A stretch of DNA of 64,000 bases from an uncultured cyanobacterium (GCA_963766075.1 CAVYAN010000105.1:32001-96000), one strand, 5' to 3'. Counted from the stretch's first letter, positions 40,508 through 52,017 are shown. Translations and numbers: made by a program. The notes: a model not told the origin generated them from the letters alone.

Positions 40508-42553
40508 ATGAATGTAAAGACGGACACCCGTTCTCCTGCCAATCGCGCCCCATCTTCATCGTCAGGTTCCGTCAATGCACCGGTTACGCCAACGTGGGTT
40601 GCGGACGATCTGCCCCCAGAAGTCGAAGACCATTTGAAACCCATCATTGCTGATTTTGATCCGAATGGCACTGAGGGACAGCGCTACAACCCCGACACCA
40701 TTGCGGCCTACTACAAACAGCGTCCATTTGCTGTACTCGCGCGTGTGTTTCAAGTACTGCTGCCGTTTTTATTCTACGCACTGACCTGGTGGTGGCGCAG
40801 CAAGACCGGCAACACCGAAGAACAGCAGCAACGGCAAGCCGTCCAACTGCGCGAGATGTTAACCCAACTCGGCCCCGCCTATATTAAGGTCGGGCAGGCA
40901 TTATCTACCCGTCCAGATTTGGTTCCCCCCATCTACCTCGTAGAACTGACTAAGCTACAGGATCAGTTGCCCCCCTTCGATAATGAAATCGCCTACCGCT
41001 TTATCGAGGAAGAACTGGGTAGCCGCCCCGAGGAAATCTATGCTGAAATTTCCCCGATGCCCGTGGCCGCCGCTTCTTTGGGCCAGGTTTATCGCGGACG
41101 GCTAAAAACGGGTGAAGAAGTCGCCATCAAGGTGCAGCGTCCCGGTCTGGCTCGCAGCATTGCCATGGACCTGTACCTGATGCGGGGAATTTCCGCCTGG
41201 ATGATGAAAAACTTCAAGCGGGTGCGGAGTAATCTCGTTGCCATTACCGACGAATTTGCTGCCCGGATCTTTGAGGAAATGGATTACACCCAGGAAGGGC
41301 GGAATGCCGAGCGCTTTGCCAGTTTGTATGGCTACATGCCCGATATTTATGTGCCCCAGATTTACTGGAAGTACACGGGGCGGCGCGTGCTGACGATGGA
41401 GTGGATCAATGGCACCAAGTTGACCCAAATTGATGAAATTACCGCCCAGGGCATTGATGCCACGTATCTAATCGAAGTCGGCGTGCAATGCTCCCTGCGC
41501 CAATTGCTAGAGAATGGCTTTTTCCACGCGGATCCCCATCCCGGCAATCTGCTGGCCATGCCCAATGGCAAATTGGCCTATTTGGACTTCGGCATGATGA
41601 GTGAGATGAAGCCCTATCAGCGCTATGGCCTCATCGAGGCGATTGTGCATCTGGTCAATCGGGACTTTGAAGGACTCGCCAACGATTACGTCAAGCTGGA
41701 ATTTTTGACCCCGGATGTGGACTTGACGCCGATCATCCCGGCTTTTGCTCTGGTATTTAAGGATGCCCTGGGTGCGAGCGTGGCGGAAATTAATATTAAG
41801 AGCATCACCGATCAGCTTTCGGCAGTCATGTACGAATATCCCTTCCAAGTTCCGGCTTACTTTGCCTTAATTATTCGCTCTCTCGTCACCCTGGAGGGCA
41901 TTGCTATCGGTGTAGATCCGGATTTTAAGGTGTTGAGCAAAGCCTATCCCTATGTGGCAAAGCGGCTGTTGACGGATCCGGCCCCGGAGTTGCGATCGTC
42001 CCTGAAGGATCTCCTGTTCAAGGATGAAACCTTTCGCTGGAACCGCTTAGAAAATCTTCTGCGCAATGCTCGCGATAATTCTGACTATGATCTGGATAAA
42101 GTGGTAGACCAAACTCTGGAGTATTTGTTTTCGGAACGGGGAAGTTTAATTCGCTATCAGTTAGTGGATGTTGCAGTCAAGGGTTTAGATACATTTGGTA
42201 GTAATGCTGTACACCAATTCAGTGATGCGATCGCTACCCGTCTGGGCATCACCCTCGCGCCGCCGGAAAATCTGTCTGAAAATCAAAAAAACCTGGAGCA
42301 GATCCAGCGCATTTGGGGAATTTTGCAGGAAACCCAGGGCTTTGATCCCACCAAGGTGCTACCGATTTTGCCGCGCCTGCTGGTGAAGCCAGAACTGCAC
42401 CAGATGGGACAGCAAATTGCCAGCGGCTTGGCACAACGGGCGATCGCTCGCTTTATTCGCGAAGTCCTGATTGCCGCTCCCGACTCGCCCCTACCGGTAG
42501 CCACGCCCCACACCACCCATCCTCGGCTATCCCCCGCCCAATCGACGCGTTAG
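40508..42553 (+). CDS. ABC1/AarF/UbiB family atypical kinase
   Basis: Motifs LGPAYIKVGQ, AAASLGQVY, VAIKVQRP, FHADPHPGN and LDFGMM. Confidence 0.93.
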   Translation: MNVKTDTRSPANRAPSSSSGSVNAPVTPTWVADDLPPEVEDHLKPIIADFDPNGTEGQRYNPDTIAAYYKQRPFAVLARVFQVLLPFLFYALTWWWRSKTGNTEEQQQRQAVQLREMLTQLGPAYIKVGQALSTRPDLVPPIYLVELTKLQDQLPPFDNEIAYRFIEEELGSRPEEIYAEISPMPVAAASLGQVYRGRLKTGEEVAIKVQRPGLARSIAMDLYLMRGISAWMMKNFKRVRSNLVAITDEFAARIFEEMDYTQEGRNAERFASLYGYMPDIYVPQIYWKYTGRRVLTMEWINGTKLTQIDEITAQGIDATYLIEVGVQCSLRQLLENGFFHADPHPGNLLAMPNGKLAYLDFGMMSEMKPYQRYGLIEAIVHLVNRDFEGLANDYVKLEFLTPDVDLTPIIPAFALVFKDALGASVAEINIKSITDQLSAVMYEYPFQVPAYFALIIRSLVTLEGIAIGVDPDFKVLSKAYPYVAKRLLTDPAPELRSSLKDLLFKDETFRWNRLENLLRNARDNSDYDLDKVVDQTLEYLFSERGSLIRYQLVDVAVKGLDTFGSNAVHQFSDAIATRLGITLAPPENLSENQKNLEQIQRIWGILQETQGFDPTKVLPILPRLLVKPELHQMGQQIASGLAQRAIARFIREVLIAAPDSPLPVATPHTTHPRLSPAQSTR

Positions 42554-42595
42554 TCAGACGCGTTAGTCAGACGCGTTAATCAGACGCATTAATCA
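42544..42595. repeat. 13-bp tandem repeat, 4 copies, containing the kinase stop codon
   Basis: GACGCGTTAGTCA-like units. Confidence 0.92.
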
Positions 42596-43103
42596 ATGGC
42601 CTAACAAAACTTTAGGCATAACAAAACTTTAGCCACTATCAATCGCGACACTACAGCAGTGATGCGGTAAATCGTACTGCCAACCAACCGCAGGAAAGGG
42701 AATGCAGCTACAGAAGAAAATGGGATCCGTAGAATCTCCTATTTTTTATCCGCATTGCTCTATTCCACCCACTTAATATCAGTAATTATCCAATTGCAAC
42801 CCAAGGGACCAGAAAACTATCCGGCTAAAAACCGCTAGTCAAAGCCAGTTCAGGCATTTTTTCTGTGTCTATACGTAAAACCCATGAGATTCCGCAAACA
42901 GTAACCGACGCAGGGATAGTTCTTGATTGTTTTCACGTATTTACATGAGTCACCTTGCAGTTTGACAGCGTTCAATCTGTCCTTTAATATTTCAAAGCTG
43001 CGATCAGTCCCATCCCCGCACTAGAGTTTTGTCGCCAGGATTACATTTGAAATTTGATCACGCCACATATGGCGGATTCAATTTAGACGTGATACTATCG
43101 ATA

Positions 43104-43173
43104 GCGTCGAGGGCCGAAATGGCACTGCATCTAGTCTGCTGGGTTTCGGAGCCGATGTCTCTACGAATCGGCT
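43104..43173 (+). ncRNA. Candidate structured 5' leader RNA with a possible pseudoknot
   Basis: Stems CCGAAAT/GTTTCGG and AGCCGAT/ATCGGCT. The loop TCTCTACG is complementary to the 5' CGTCGAGG, and a TACTAT -10 lies just upstream. Confidence 0.5.
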
Positions 43174-43230
43174 GGATTGAATCAAATTTTCTAACTTGCA
43201 AACACTCCATTAGCCACCAACGGAAGTTTT

Positions 43231-43443
43231 ATGACCTACCAACAACACTTGTCTCCCTGGGTAATCAACAAACTGCTCCCTAACCTGCAACAGTCCGTTG
43301 TATATCGTTGTCGGCGGCGGCATGAAGCCGAGGCGTACCTCAAGGTTCTGAAGCGTCACCAGCCCGATGCCCAGTTTGAAATTGTATTTGCCGTCGCTGA
43401 GCGCGTTGTTTTAGGTGCAACTACGGAACTGAAGTCAGCGTAG
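43231..43443 (+). CDS. Small hypothetical protein (70 aa) of a cyanobacterial family
   Basis: Pattern MTY...LSPW....LLPNLQ..VV.R.RRR.EAE.YL.VL.R..P.A.FEIVF, flanked by a promoter and a terminator. Confidence 0.75.
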   Translation: MTYQQHLSPWVINKLLPNLQQSVVYRCRRRHEAEAYLKVLKRHQPDAQFEIVFAVAERVVLGATTELKSA

Positions 43444-43473
43444 GCAAGCATCCCAAACAGTTGTAATTTCTAG

Positions 43474-43528
43474 CTTTACTTTGGAATGTTGTAGTTGAAC
43501 GGTTAACATTCCAAAGTAAAGTTTTTTT
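43474..43528 (+). terminator. Intrinsic terminator
   Basis: 17-bp stem CTTTACTTTGGAATGTT / AACATTCCAAAGTAAAG followed by T7. Confidence 0.85.
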
Positions 43529-43668
43529 AGTGAACATTCATAAATCCATCACGGCATGGGAAAAGCTTGATGGGCGATTTTTCTCATCCGTAGTTCTAGA
43601 TGATACAGCTTGGGGACTCCTGGGCACATTGATCTCAGTACCACCTGTCCTTCATCACTGAGATTGAA

Positions 43669-44499
43669 ATGCTAGGGTCTATTCGCCAATCGCAAGATAT
43701 GGAAGTCGCTTTCCTCTTTCAGAAAGGGCTCCATCTGAACAAGCGCAAAGATTATAAAGCCGCGATCACCAGCTACGATCGCATTCTGCAAATCCAATCC
43801 GACTTTACTGATGCTTGGTACAACCGTGGCAATGCCCTGTACCATCTCGGTCATTATGCAGAGGCAATCCAGAGCTACAATCACGCTCTAGAGCTAGAAC
43901 CGGGCTTTCCCGAAGCCTGGAACAACCGAGGAAGCGCCCTCGATGACTTGCAATGCTACGAAGACGCGATCGCCAGCTACGACAAGGCGATTAAATATCG
44001 GCCTAGCTATGCCTGGGCCTGGTATAACCGAGGCATTTCCCTCCGTAATCTAGGCCGCTATGAAGAAGCCATATTTAGCTACGATCGGGCGATCGAGTTT
44101 AAGCCAGACTATTATTGGGCCTGGTATAACCGCGCCTTGGCGTTACGCCAGTTAGACCGCATGGAAAAAGTGGTGATTAGCTATGACAAAGCCCTGGAAT
44201 TTAAGCCAGACTTTGAAGAAGCCTGGAACAATCGTGGCAACGCCCTGTACTATTTAGGCCAGTTTGAATCAGCGATTTTGAGCTACGATCGCGCCCTGTC
44301 CCTGAAACCGAATAGCCCGAATACTCTATATAACAAAGCCTGTTGCTATGCGCTACAAGGCAATTTCGAGTTAGCCTTTGAGAATTTGCAACACGCGGTG
44401 GCCCTGAAACCGGATGAGTATCGCGAAATCGCCAAGACCAACTCTGACTTTGACGCGCTTCGGCAGGACCGCCGCTTCTTGTCGCTGATTAACGGATAG
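43669..44499 (+). CDS. TPR repeat protein
   Basis: 34-aa AWYNRG...A..SYDKA units and a C-terminal YNKACCYA cap. Confidence 0.9.
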   Translation: MLGSIRQSQDMEVAFLFQKGLHLNKRKDYKAAITSYDRILQIQSDFTDAWYNRGNALYHLGHYAEAIQSYNHALELEPGFPEAWNNRGSALDDLQCYEDAIASYDKAIKYRPSYAWAWYNRGISLRNLGRYEEAIFSYDRAIEFKPDYYWAWYNRALALRQLDRMEKVVISYDKALEFKPDFEEAWNNRGNALYYLGQFESAILSYDRALSLKPNSPNTLYNKACCYALQGNFELAFENLQHAVALKPDEYREIAKTNSDFDALRQDRRFLSLING

Positions 44500-44528
44500 G
44501 GCAACACTGCAAGCCCCTCCAGTGGAAC

Positions 44529-44574
44529 TATCCTCCGCCTTCAGTGAGCATGAGCTGCCTGAGGGCGGAGGATA
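44529..44574. terminator. Hairpin between the convergent TPR and glsF genes
   Basis: TATCCTCCGCCTTCAG / CTGAGGGCGGAGGATA. Confidence 0.6.
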
Positions 44575-44644
44575 ATTGCTATGGAGCCTTGATGACAAAG
44601 GGCTAGCCCCTTTATTTCTGGCCCTTTTTATTTCACGGGTTCCC

Positions 44645-47600
44645 TTACTTCACCGGACTGACCACCTTCATGGCTTCGCTACTGGCTTCCGGCGAATCCT
44701 TTTCCGAGGGTGGCACCACTTGCCAGAACTGGGGCAAGTAGTCGGCCCAGTTGGCCAGAATGGTTTTGGCCTTGGGACTACTGGTGCGATCGCGGTGGGC
44801 TTCAATCAACTCCTTTAACTGGCGTTCTCCTGCCTGGGTCGTCACCCGCTGAATTTTGACGATTTCCGGATTGATTTTCTCCGGGAAATTGCCCGCTTCA
44901 TCGAGGAAATAGGCCAGACCGCCCGTCATGCCAGCGCCCACGTTCCGGCCACATTTACCCAAAACAACGATGACCCCGCCCGTCATGTACTCACAGCAGT
45001 GATCGCCTGTCCCTTCTACGACGGCTTGGGCCGTAGAATTACGCACAGCAAACCGTTCTCCGGCTTGGCCATTGGCAAACAGGTAGCCCCCGGTAGCACC
45101 ATACAGACAGGTATTGCCGATGATTACGTTGGCGGCAGCATCATAGGTAGCGGCAGAAGGCGGTGTAATCACGATTTCGCCGCCATGCATGCCCTTGCCC
45201 ACGTAGTCGTTGGCTTCTCCTTGCAGATTCAGGATCATTCCTGGCAAGTTAAAGGCACCAAAGCTTTGGCCGATCGCCCCAGTAAAGTTAAAGGTCAGTT
45301 GGCCACCAAACCCTGTGTTGCCGTACCGTTTGGCGATCGCCCCAGCAATGCGAGCCCCCACCGAGCGATCGGTATTGACCACAGGACTGGTCTTCACGAG
45401 ATGGGTTTGGTCAGTGATCGCCGCCTGCACTCCGGATCCTGCAACAACACATCATCCAGAACGGGACCGTTGCTATGCACGGGTTCATGGGTCAGCCAGG
45501 TCCGCTGTTGCCGTGTATCCGGCAGTTGGGTAAGGCAGTCCAGATTCAGGCGTTCAGTCTTCGCAATTTTGGCATTGTCCCGCAGCTTCAGCAAATCCGC
45601 CCGACCAATCACGTCATTCAGGGACCGGTAGCCGAGACGGGCCAACAGCGATCGCGTTTCCTCCGCCACAAACAGGAAGAAATTCACCACATGTTCCGGC
45701 GTGCCGGGGAAGCGCTTGCGCAATTCTTCCTTCTGACTAGTCACCCCCACGGGACAGCTATTCGTATGGCAAATCCGGGCCATAATGCAGCCTTCGGCAA
45801 TCATAGCGATCGAGCCGAAACCAAACTCCTCTGCTCCCATCAGCGCTGCCATTAGGACATCCCAACCCGTTTTGATGCCTCCATCGACCCGTAAGAGGAC
45901 GCGATCGCGCAGTTGGTTTTGCAGCAATACCCGATGCACTTCCGTCAGCCCTAATTCCCAGGGACTACCCGCATGTTTGATTGAACTCAGCGGCGAGGCA
46001 CCAGTCCCGCCATCATGGCCGGAAATTTGGATAATGTCGGCGTTGGCTTTGGCGACGCCAGCGGCGATCGTGCCAATGCCCACCTCCGACACCAGTTTGA
46101 CCGAGACCTGCGCCACTGGGTTAATTTGATGCAGATCAAAAATTAATTGCGCTAGGTCTTCAATCGAATAAATATCATGGTGAGGCGGCGGTGAAATCAG
46201 CGTCACTCCGGGCTTGGAGCGCCGCAGCATGGCAATGTAGGCACTCACCTTGGGTCCGGGCAGTTGGCCGCCTTCCCCCGGCTTGGCCCCTTGCGCCAGT
46301 TTAATTTCAATTTGCTTGGCACTCATCAGATACTCGGGAGTAACGCCAAACCGCCCAGAAGCAACTTGCTTAATCGATGAATTCGCGGTGTCGCCGTTAC
46401 GCAGGCCATTCAGGTGCGGCAAGGACGTGGAATGGCCGCTCGCATCCACATCGTTCAGGACAGGGAAGCGAACTGGATCTTCCCCGCCTTCGCCGGAGTT
46501 GGACTTACCTCCCAGGCGGTTCATGGCGATCGCCAGTACTTCATGGGCCTCCCGCGACAGCGCCCCCAGGGACATACCGCCCGTGCAGAATCGCTGCACA
46601 ATCTCGGTGGCCGATTCAACGTCCTCTAAGGGAATGGCGGGGCGATCGCTCTGAAAGTCCAGCAAATCTCGCAGTGCGGTCAGGGGACGCTCTTCGAGAT
46701 ACTTTTGATAGAGCGCATAGTGGTCGTAACCCTGGGTAGTCACCGCCTTATGCAAATGCTTCGCCATCTCGGGGCTATTCATGTGGTACTCGCCAGAAGG
46801 GCGATAGTTGACAAAGCCGTAGTTTTCCAGCTTCTTAATCGTCAATTCTGGAAAAGCCCGACTGTGGAAAGACATCACTTCCTGGGCCAGATCCGTCAGG
46901 GTCAGCCCGCCCAGACGGGAGGCTGTGCCTGAAAAGCCCGTACTCAGCAAATCACCACCAATGCCGATCGCCTCAAAAATCTGGGCTCCATGGTAGCTAG
47001 ACAGCAGAGAAATCCCCATTTTCGAGAGGATTTTTAGCAACCCTGACTCAATCGCCTTGCGATAGTTAGCCTGGGCCGTAGCAACATCAATCGCAGGCAA
47101 CTTGCCCCGCTCCATCAGGTTTTGGGTTTTGGTATTGCCCCACCACTGCCGCACAGACTCCAAGGCCAGATAAGGATACACGGCACTGGCTCCATAGCCA
47201 ATCAAGCAGGCAAAGTGGTGCGTACTCCAGCACTGGGCTGTGGACACGACAATGGATGCCCGCATCCGCAATCCTTGACGAATTAAATGATGATGCACAG
47301 CCCCCACGGCCAGCAGCGGCGGAATATAGCTGAAATCCGTGGTCAGGGTGCCCCGATTGCCATTGACGTCGAGGCGATCGCTCAGAATCAAAATCTTCGA
47401 GCCATTCCGAACTGCCGCCGCCGCCCGTTCACACAGCTTGGCAACGGCACGCTTTAAGCCATCCGGCCCCTCGGCCACCGCCACTAATGTAGACAGTTCC
47501 TGCGCCACAAACTCTGACTCACGCATCTGGGCCAGTTCCGCTTCGCCCAGCACCGGGGATTCCAATTTCAAGAGATGGGCATATTCTGGTTGGGTGTCGA

Positions 47601-49305
47601 GGAGATTACTGCGATCGCCCAACTGCATGGTCAGGGACATCACCAGCTTCTCCCGCAAAGGGTCGATTGCCGGATTGGTCACCTGGGCAAACCGCTGTTT
47701 AAAGTAGTCGTACAGCAGATGCGGCTTGGCCGACAAAATCGCCAAGGGCGCATCATCGCCCATACAGAACGTCGGCTCTGCCCCCTTGGCCCCCATCTCT
47801 TCAATGATCAACTCAACATCTTCTGCCGTGTAGCCAAAGGCCGTTTGCAGGCGTAAGAGTTGCTCCACTGGCAAAGCCGCCGCCGTGGCCGTAAACGCCT
47901 GCTTGGTGATTGTCCGTCGATTTGCCGCCAGCCATTCCCCATAGGGATGCTTGTGGGCCACCCGCTGCTTCACATCCCAGTTATGCAGAATTTCGCGGTT
48001 CTCCAGATCCACCAAAATCATCTGACCTGGGCCCAGGCGACCCTTTTCAATAATGTCCGCCTCCGGCAAGTCCACCACCCCCGCCTCCGAAGACACCACC
48101 ACATAGCCATCTCGAGTAATGCTGTAGCGGGCTGGACGCAGGCCGTTGCGATCGAGCGTTGCCCCCACGGTTTTGCCATCACTAAACACCAGCAGCGCCG
48201 GACCATCCCAGGGTTCCTGAATGCCGCTGTAGTACTCGTAGAAATCCGTAATTTCGGGATAGGCCTTCAGTTCGGGCTGATTTTGGTACGCCTCTGGCAC
48301 CATGATCATCAGGGCTTCCTGGGGACTGCGACCCGATCTCACCAGCAGCTCCATCACATTGTCTAAGTTAGCCGAATCACTATTCTCCGCATTGACCGTC
48401 GGCTTCAGGTCGTCAAGCTGGGTGCCCGTCCAGGAGGGATGGGCCAGATCCGCCTCCCGCGCCACCATCCAGTTAATATTTCCCAGGAGGGTATTAATTT
48501 CGCCGTTGTGTCCCAGCAGGCGCATCGGCTGGGCCAGATGCCAGCGCGGCATGGTGTTCGTGCTGAACCGACGGTGATACACTGCGAACTGACTAATGTA
48601 GTCCGGTTGCTGAAGGTCAGTATAAAACTCACCCAGTATCGCCGATCGCACCATGCCCTTGTAGACAATCGTGCGGCAGGACAGAGAGCAGATGTAGAAA
48701 TCGCGATAGTCCGAGGCCCCGGCGGCCTCTGTCGCGATCGCCCGATTAATTTTGCGCCGCAGACGATACAGTCGCCGTTCTAGCGCGTCCCCTTGCAGTT
48801 CAGATTGCACAAAAAACTGCTCAATCGTGGGCTGATTCTCCCGCGCCTGCACCCCCAACAACTCAGGACGTACGGGCACCACTCGCCAGCCCAGTAGGGG
48901 TAAATTCTCAGACTTCAGGACGCGTTCGCAGATGGAGCGGGCGATCGCTGCCGCCTCCGACTTCTGGGGCAAAAACACCATGCCCACACCAATATTTTCT
49001 CTAGCAGGGATATCAACACCCTGCCCCGCCAACCAGCGATCAAACAATTCCCACGGCAACGCCGTCATCAATCCCGCACCGTCTCCAGAGTCGCGATCAG
49101 CACTACATCCCCCCCGATGCTCCAAGCAGGTCAATGCCGACAATGCCTGTTCGATGAGTCGATGGCTACCCTGCCCATTTTGGTCGGCTAAAAACCCGAC
49201 ACCACAGGCATCCCGCTCTTCGACTAACCAGCGCTGCCCATCATACCCGACAGACGATGAATCCTGATGCCAATGGTCGTGCTGATTCACAATAGTTCTA
49301 CCCAT
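44645..49305 (-). CDS. glsF: Glutamate synthase large subunit (ferredoxin-dependent GOGAT type), frameshift at about 45430
   Basis: [20 protein letters not shown] domain ([24 protein letters not shown]), the [15 protein letters not shown] cluster and the GXGXG domain. One extra G gives [11 protein letters not shown]. No gltD is adjacent. Confidence 0.93.
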
Positions 49306-50169
49306 GAGACGGCTGTATGCAATTGACTAAAAAAGCTTCAAACAAGCGTAACGGTCTTCACTTAAGCGTACCTGGAACTCGAAATCGAGTGCAGAATGGA
49401 TAACCCCAATCCTTTGACAAAAAGCAGATGAACGAAAAACCATCTCGCACCAGTCTTGCCGTCTTGCCAAATTCGCCAAAAGACAGAAATTGTGTCTTCC
49501 AGAGAAAGATCATCGAGGAAATTGCCACAGGAAGTAGTTGCACTTGTTACGAATGGTTAAATTGAATTTTCAGGCTTCCCCCAGGGCTTTAACGTTTCCC
49601 TAATGCCTTAATCCAAAATCGCACTGTTAACAACCCGCAATATTCCCCGTGAAAAACAGGATCCTGTTCTCACCTGTCTCTTACGGGGCAACTTAGGCGG
49701 CGATCGCGTTCCCTTAAGAAACCGCAAAGAACTGGTCGGCCTTCAAGCCAATCGTTCCTGCAGTCCCGTCGCTCGACTAGCCCTATGGCTGAGTAGCACC
49801 CAGCCTACAGTAATCTTTCGTCCTAGTTCTTCCTCTGAGATCTGCCTTTGTGAACAGATCTGTCTTTGTAAACAGACCTGTAGGCCGATGAGAAGGTCCC
49901 TCCCAAACATGCCCAGTCAAGACCGAGAAAACGTCTACAACACATTCATGCATTGCAGATAAATGAGTTAAGACAGGGTGACGAGAGAGGTACCTGCTCT
50001 CTCCTAGCCACATGTCACATCGGTTTAGATAACAGAGATATGAATTCTATAGGAAATATATGGGACTGACAATCCCCGCCTTTCTGTCCCCAACCCAATT
50101 TTTTAACCCAGAATGGATGGCACAGCCTCCACGTTTTCTATACGCCTTTTGCCCATGTGCCGTCTTTTT

Positions 50170-52017
50170 ATGATTCAACGCATTTCTGGCCTATCCTTTG
50201 CCTCTCTGCTCTTGGGCCTAGCTTCGATCTCCAACGCGGCTGCGCCCCCCGTCGCGAAGCCCAACAACACGCTCGACCCGGTAAAGCACTCCCAACCGTG
50301 GCCCAGGCAGTCCAGCCCCCTCCTACTCGGCCAAGCCAGTCCCCAGTCGATTTTCCAAGGCAATCAGGTCATGCTCAATGGGCAGACTCTGCCTATTCCG
50401 TGGAGTCAATGGCGATCGCCCCAGAGCCGAATTGGCATCAGCGATTGGGGCCTCTCTCAGCTTTTTGGCGTTGAGCTGCTCAACACCCCTGACGCCGCCC
50501 AACAGCCCATCCAGTGGTTTTCCGATCCAGCACAAAATCCGCTGCCGTTGCTGACCCGCATTACTCCCCCGCTACGTTACCTGGACATAACGGATTGGGC
50601 CCAAAAATTAGGCTGGCAGATGCAAGTGCAAGGATCAATACTGCAAATTTCTTCCCCAGCAGCCAACGTCCTGGCCATTCGGCACGGCAAGCAGCCTTGG
50701 GGCGATCGCCTTGTTCTTGACCTTGATCGTCCCGCCCCCTGGCAAATCGATGAACCCGCCGGAGAATTCATCGTGAATTTGGATGCGGCGATCGCCCCGA
50801 CCACGATCCAAAGCGTCCAATTCACCCCCAGCACCTCAGTCCAAGCGCTCAAACTCGAATCAGGCCCCAATCAAACCCGTATCCGTTTGAACACAAGTCT
50901 GCGCCCCCGTGTCTGGAGCTTAACCAGTCCCAATCGCCTCGTCATTGATGTTCGGCCCGACTCCCCTGTCGATCAAGACATCCAATGGGCCCCCGGCCTG
51001 CGCTGGCGCAGGCAAACCCTGACCCTGGGACCCAATCGATTTCCAGTGCTCTGGTTAGAAGTCAATCCTCGCCAGCCGGGACTCAGCATTCAGCCCATAT
51101 TACCCAATGCCACCACCCTAGTCGGCACCGCCCCCCTCGCCCAAACCGCCCGCCAAACCCAAGCCATCGCCGCGATTAATGCAGGCTTCTTCAACCGCAA
51201 TAACCAACTTCCCTTAGGCGCAATTCGCCAAGAGGGCCGCTGGCGATCGGGGCCGATTTTAGGCCGAGGGGCGATCGCCTGGGATGCCACAGGCAACCTC
51301 AAAATTGCCCGCCTCACTCTCCAGGAAAGCCTGCGCACACCCACGGGCCAGTTCCCCCTGACCCATCTCAACAGTGCCTACCTGCAAGCAGGCATTGCCC
51401 GCTACACGTCGGACTGGGGATCAACCTACACACCCCTCACCGACGCCGAAATCCTGGTTACTGTACAAAACAATCAGGTCATCACTCAACAGCCTGCAAC
51501 CAGTAATACTCCCGTACCGATCCCTGCGAATGGTTTCATTCTGGTACTGCGCTCTAACCAAGCTGCTGCCGCGGCCTTGGCTCCCGGTACAACTCTACGC
51601 CTCGACCAGAGCATCAGCCCACCCGACTTCGATCGCTTTCCCCGCATCATTGCCGCTGGCCCCTTGCTGCTCCAAAATCGCCAAATTGTCCTCGACCCAG
51701 AAACTGAAAAATTCAGTAAGGCATTTATTCAAGAACTGGCCGCCCGCAGCGCGATCGGCATCACCGCCAATGGCACCGTCCTCTTGGTAACCGTTCATAC
51801 CCGCATCAGCGGCGGCGGGGCCAGCCTCAGTGACATCGCTCAAATCATGCAGCAGCTCGGTGCTATTGATGCCCTCAACTTAGACGGCGGTAGTTCCACT
51901 ACTCTGTACCTCGGCGGCCAAATCCGCGATCGCCTACCCCGCACAGCCGCCCGCGTCCACAACGGTATTGGTATTTTTCTACAACCTACTCCCTCAGGAA
52001 ATCCGCCCCAGCCATAG
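50170..52017 (+). CDS. Exported phosphodiester glycosidase family protein (NAGPA/DUF2233-like)
   Basis: Signal peptide, with motifs AAINAGFF, AGPLL, ARSAIG and ALNLDGGSST. Confidence 0.88.
   Translation: MIQRISGLSFASLLLGLASISNAAAPPVAKPNNTLDPVKHSQPWPRQSSPLLLGQASPQSIFQGNQVMLNGQTLPIPWSQWRSPQSRIGISDWGLSQLFGVELLNTPDAAQQPIQWFSDPAQNPLPLLTRITPPLRYLDITDWAQKLGWQMQVQGSILQISSPAANVLAIRHGKQPWGDRLVLDLDRPAPWQIDEPAGEFIVNLDAAIAPTTIQSVQFTPSTSVQALKLESGPNQTRIRLNTSLRPRVWSLTSPNRLVIDVRPDSPVDQDIQWAPGLRWRRQTLTLGPNRFPVLWLEVNPRQPGLSIQPILPNATTLVGTAPLAQTARQTQAIAAINAGFFNRNNQLPLGAIRQEGRWRSGPILGRGAIAWDATGNLKIARLTLQESLRTPTGQFPLTHLNSAYLQAGIARYTSDWGSTYTPLTDAEILVTVQNNQVITQQPATSNTPVPIPANGFILVLRSNQAAAAALAPGTTLRLDQSISPPDFDRFPRIIAAGPLLLQNRQIVLDPETEKFSKAFIQELAARSAIGITANGTVLLVTVHTRISGGGASLSDIAQIMQQLGAIDALNLDGGSSTTLYLGGQIRDRLPRTAARVHNGIGIFLQPTPSGNPPQP

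Noticed and set aside
43104..43173. Fluoride riboswitch, because of the GCCGATG..CTAC ending
   Set aside because: The 5' GGNGATGG-type stem is absent and the downstream gene is unrelated to fluoride export.
45394..45430. glsF as a genuinely split two-gene glutamate synthase or a programmed frameshift
   Set aside because: A single added G restores a continuous reading frame, there is no slippery heptamer, and similar indels recur across the window.
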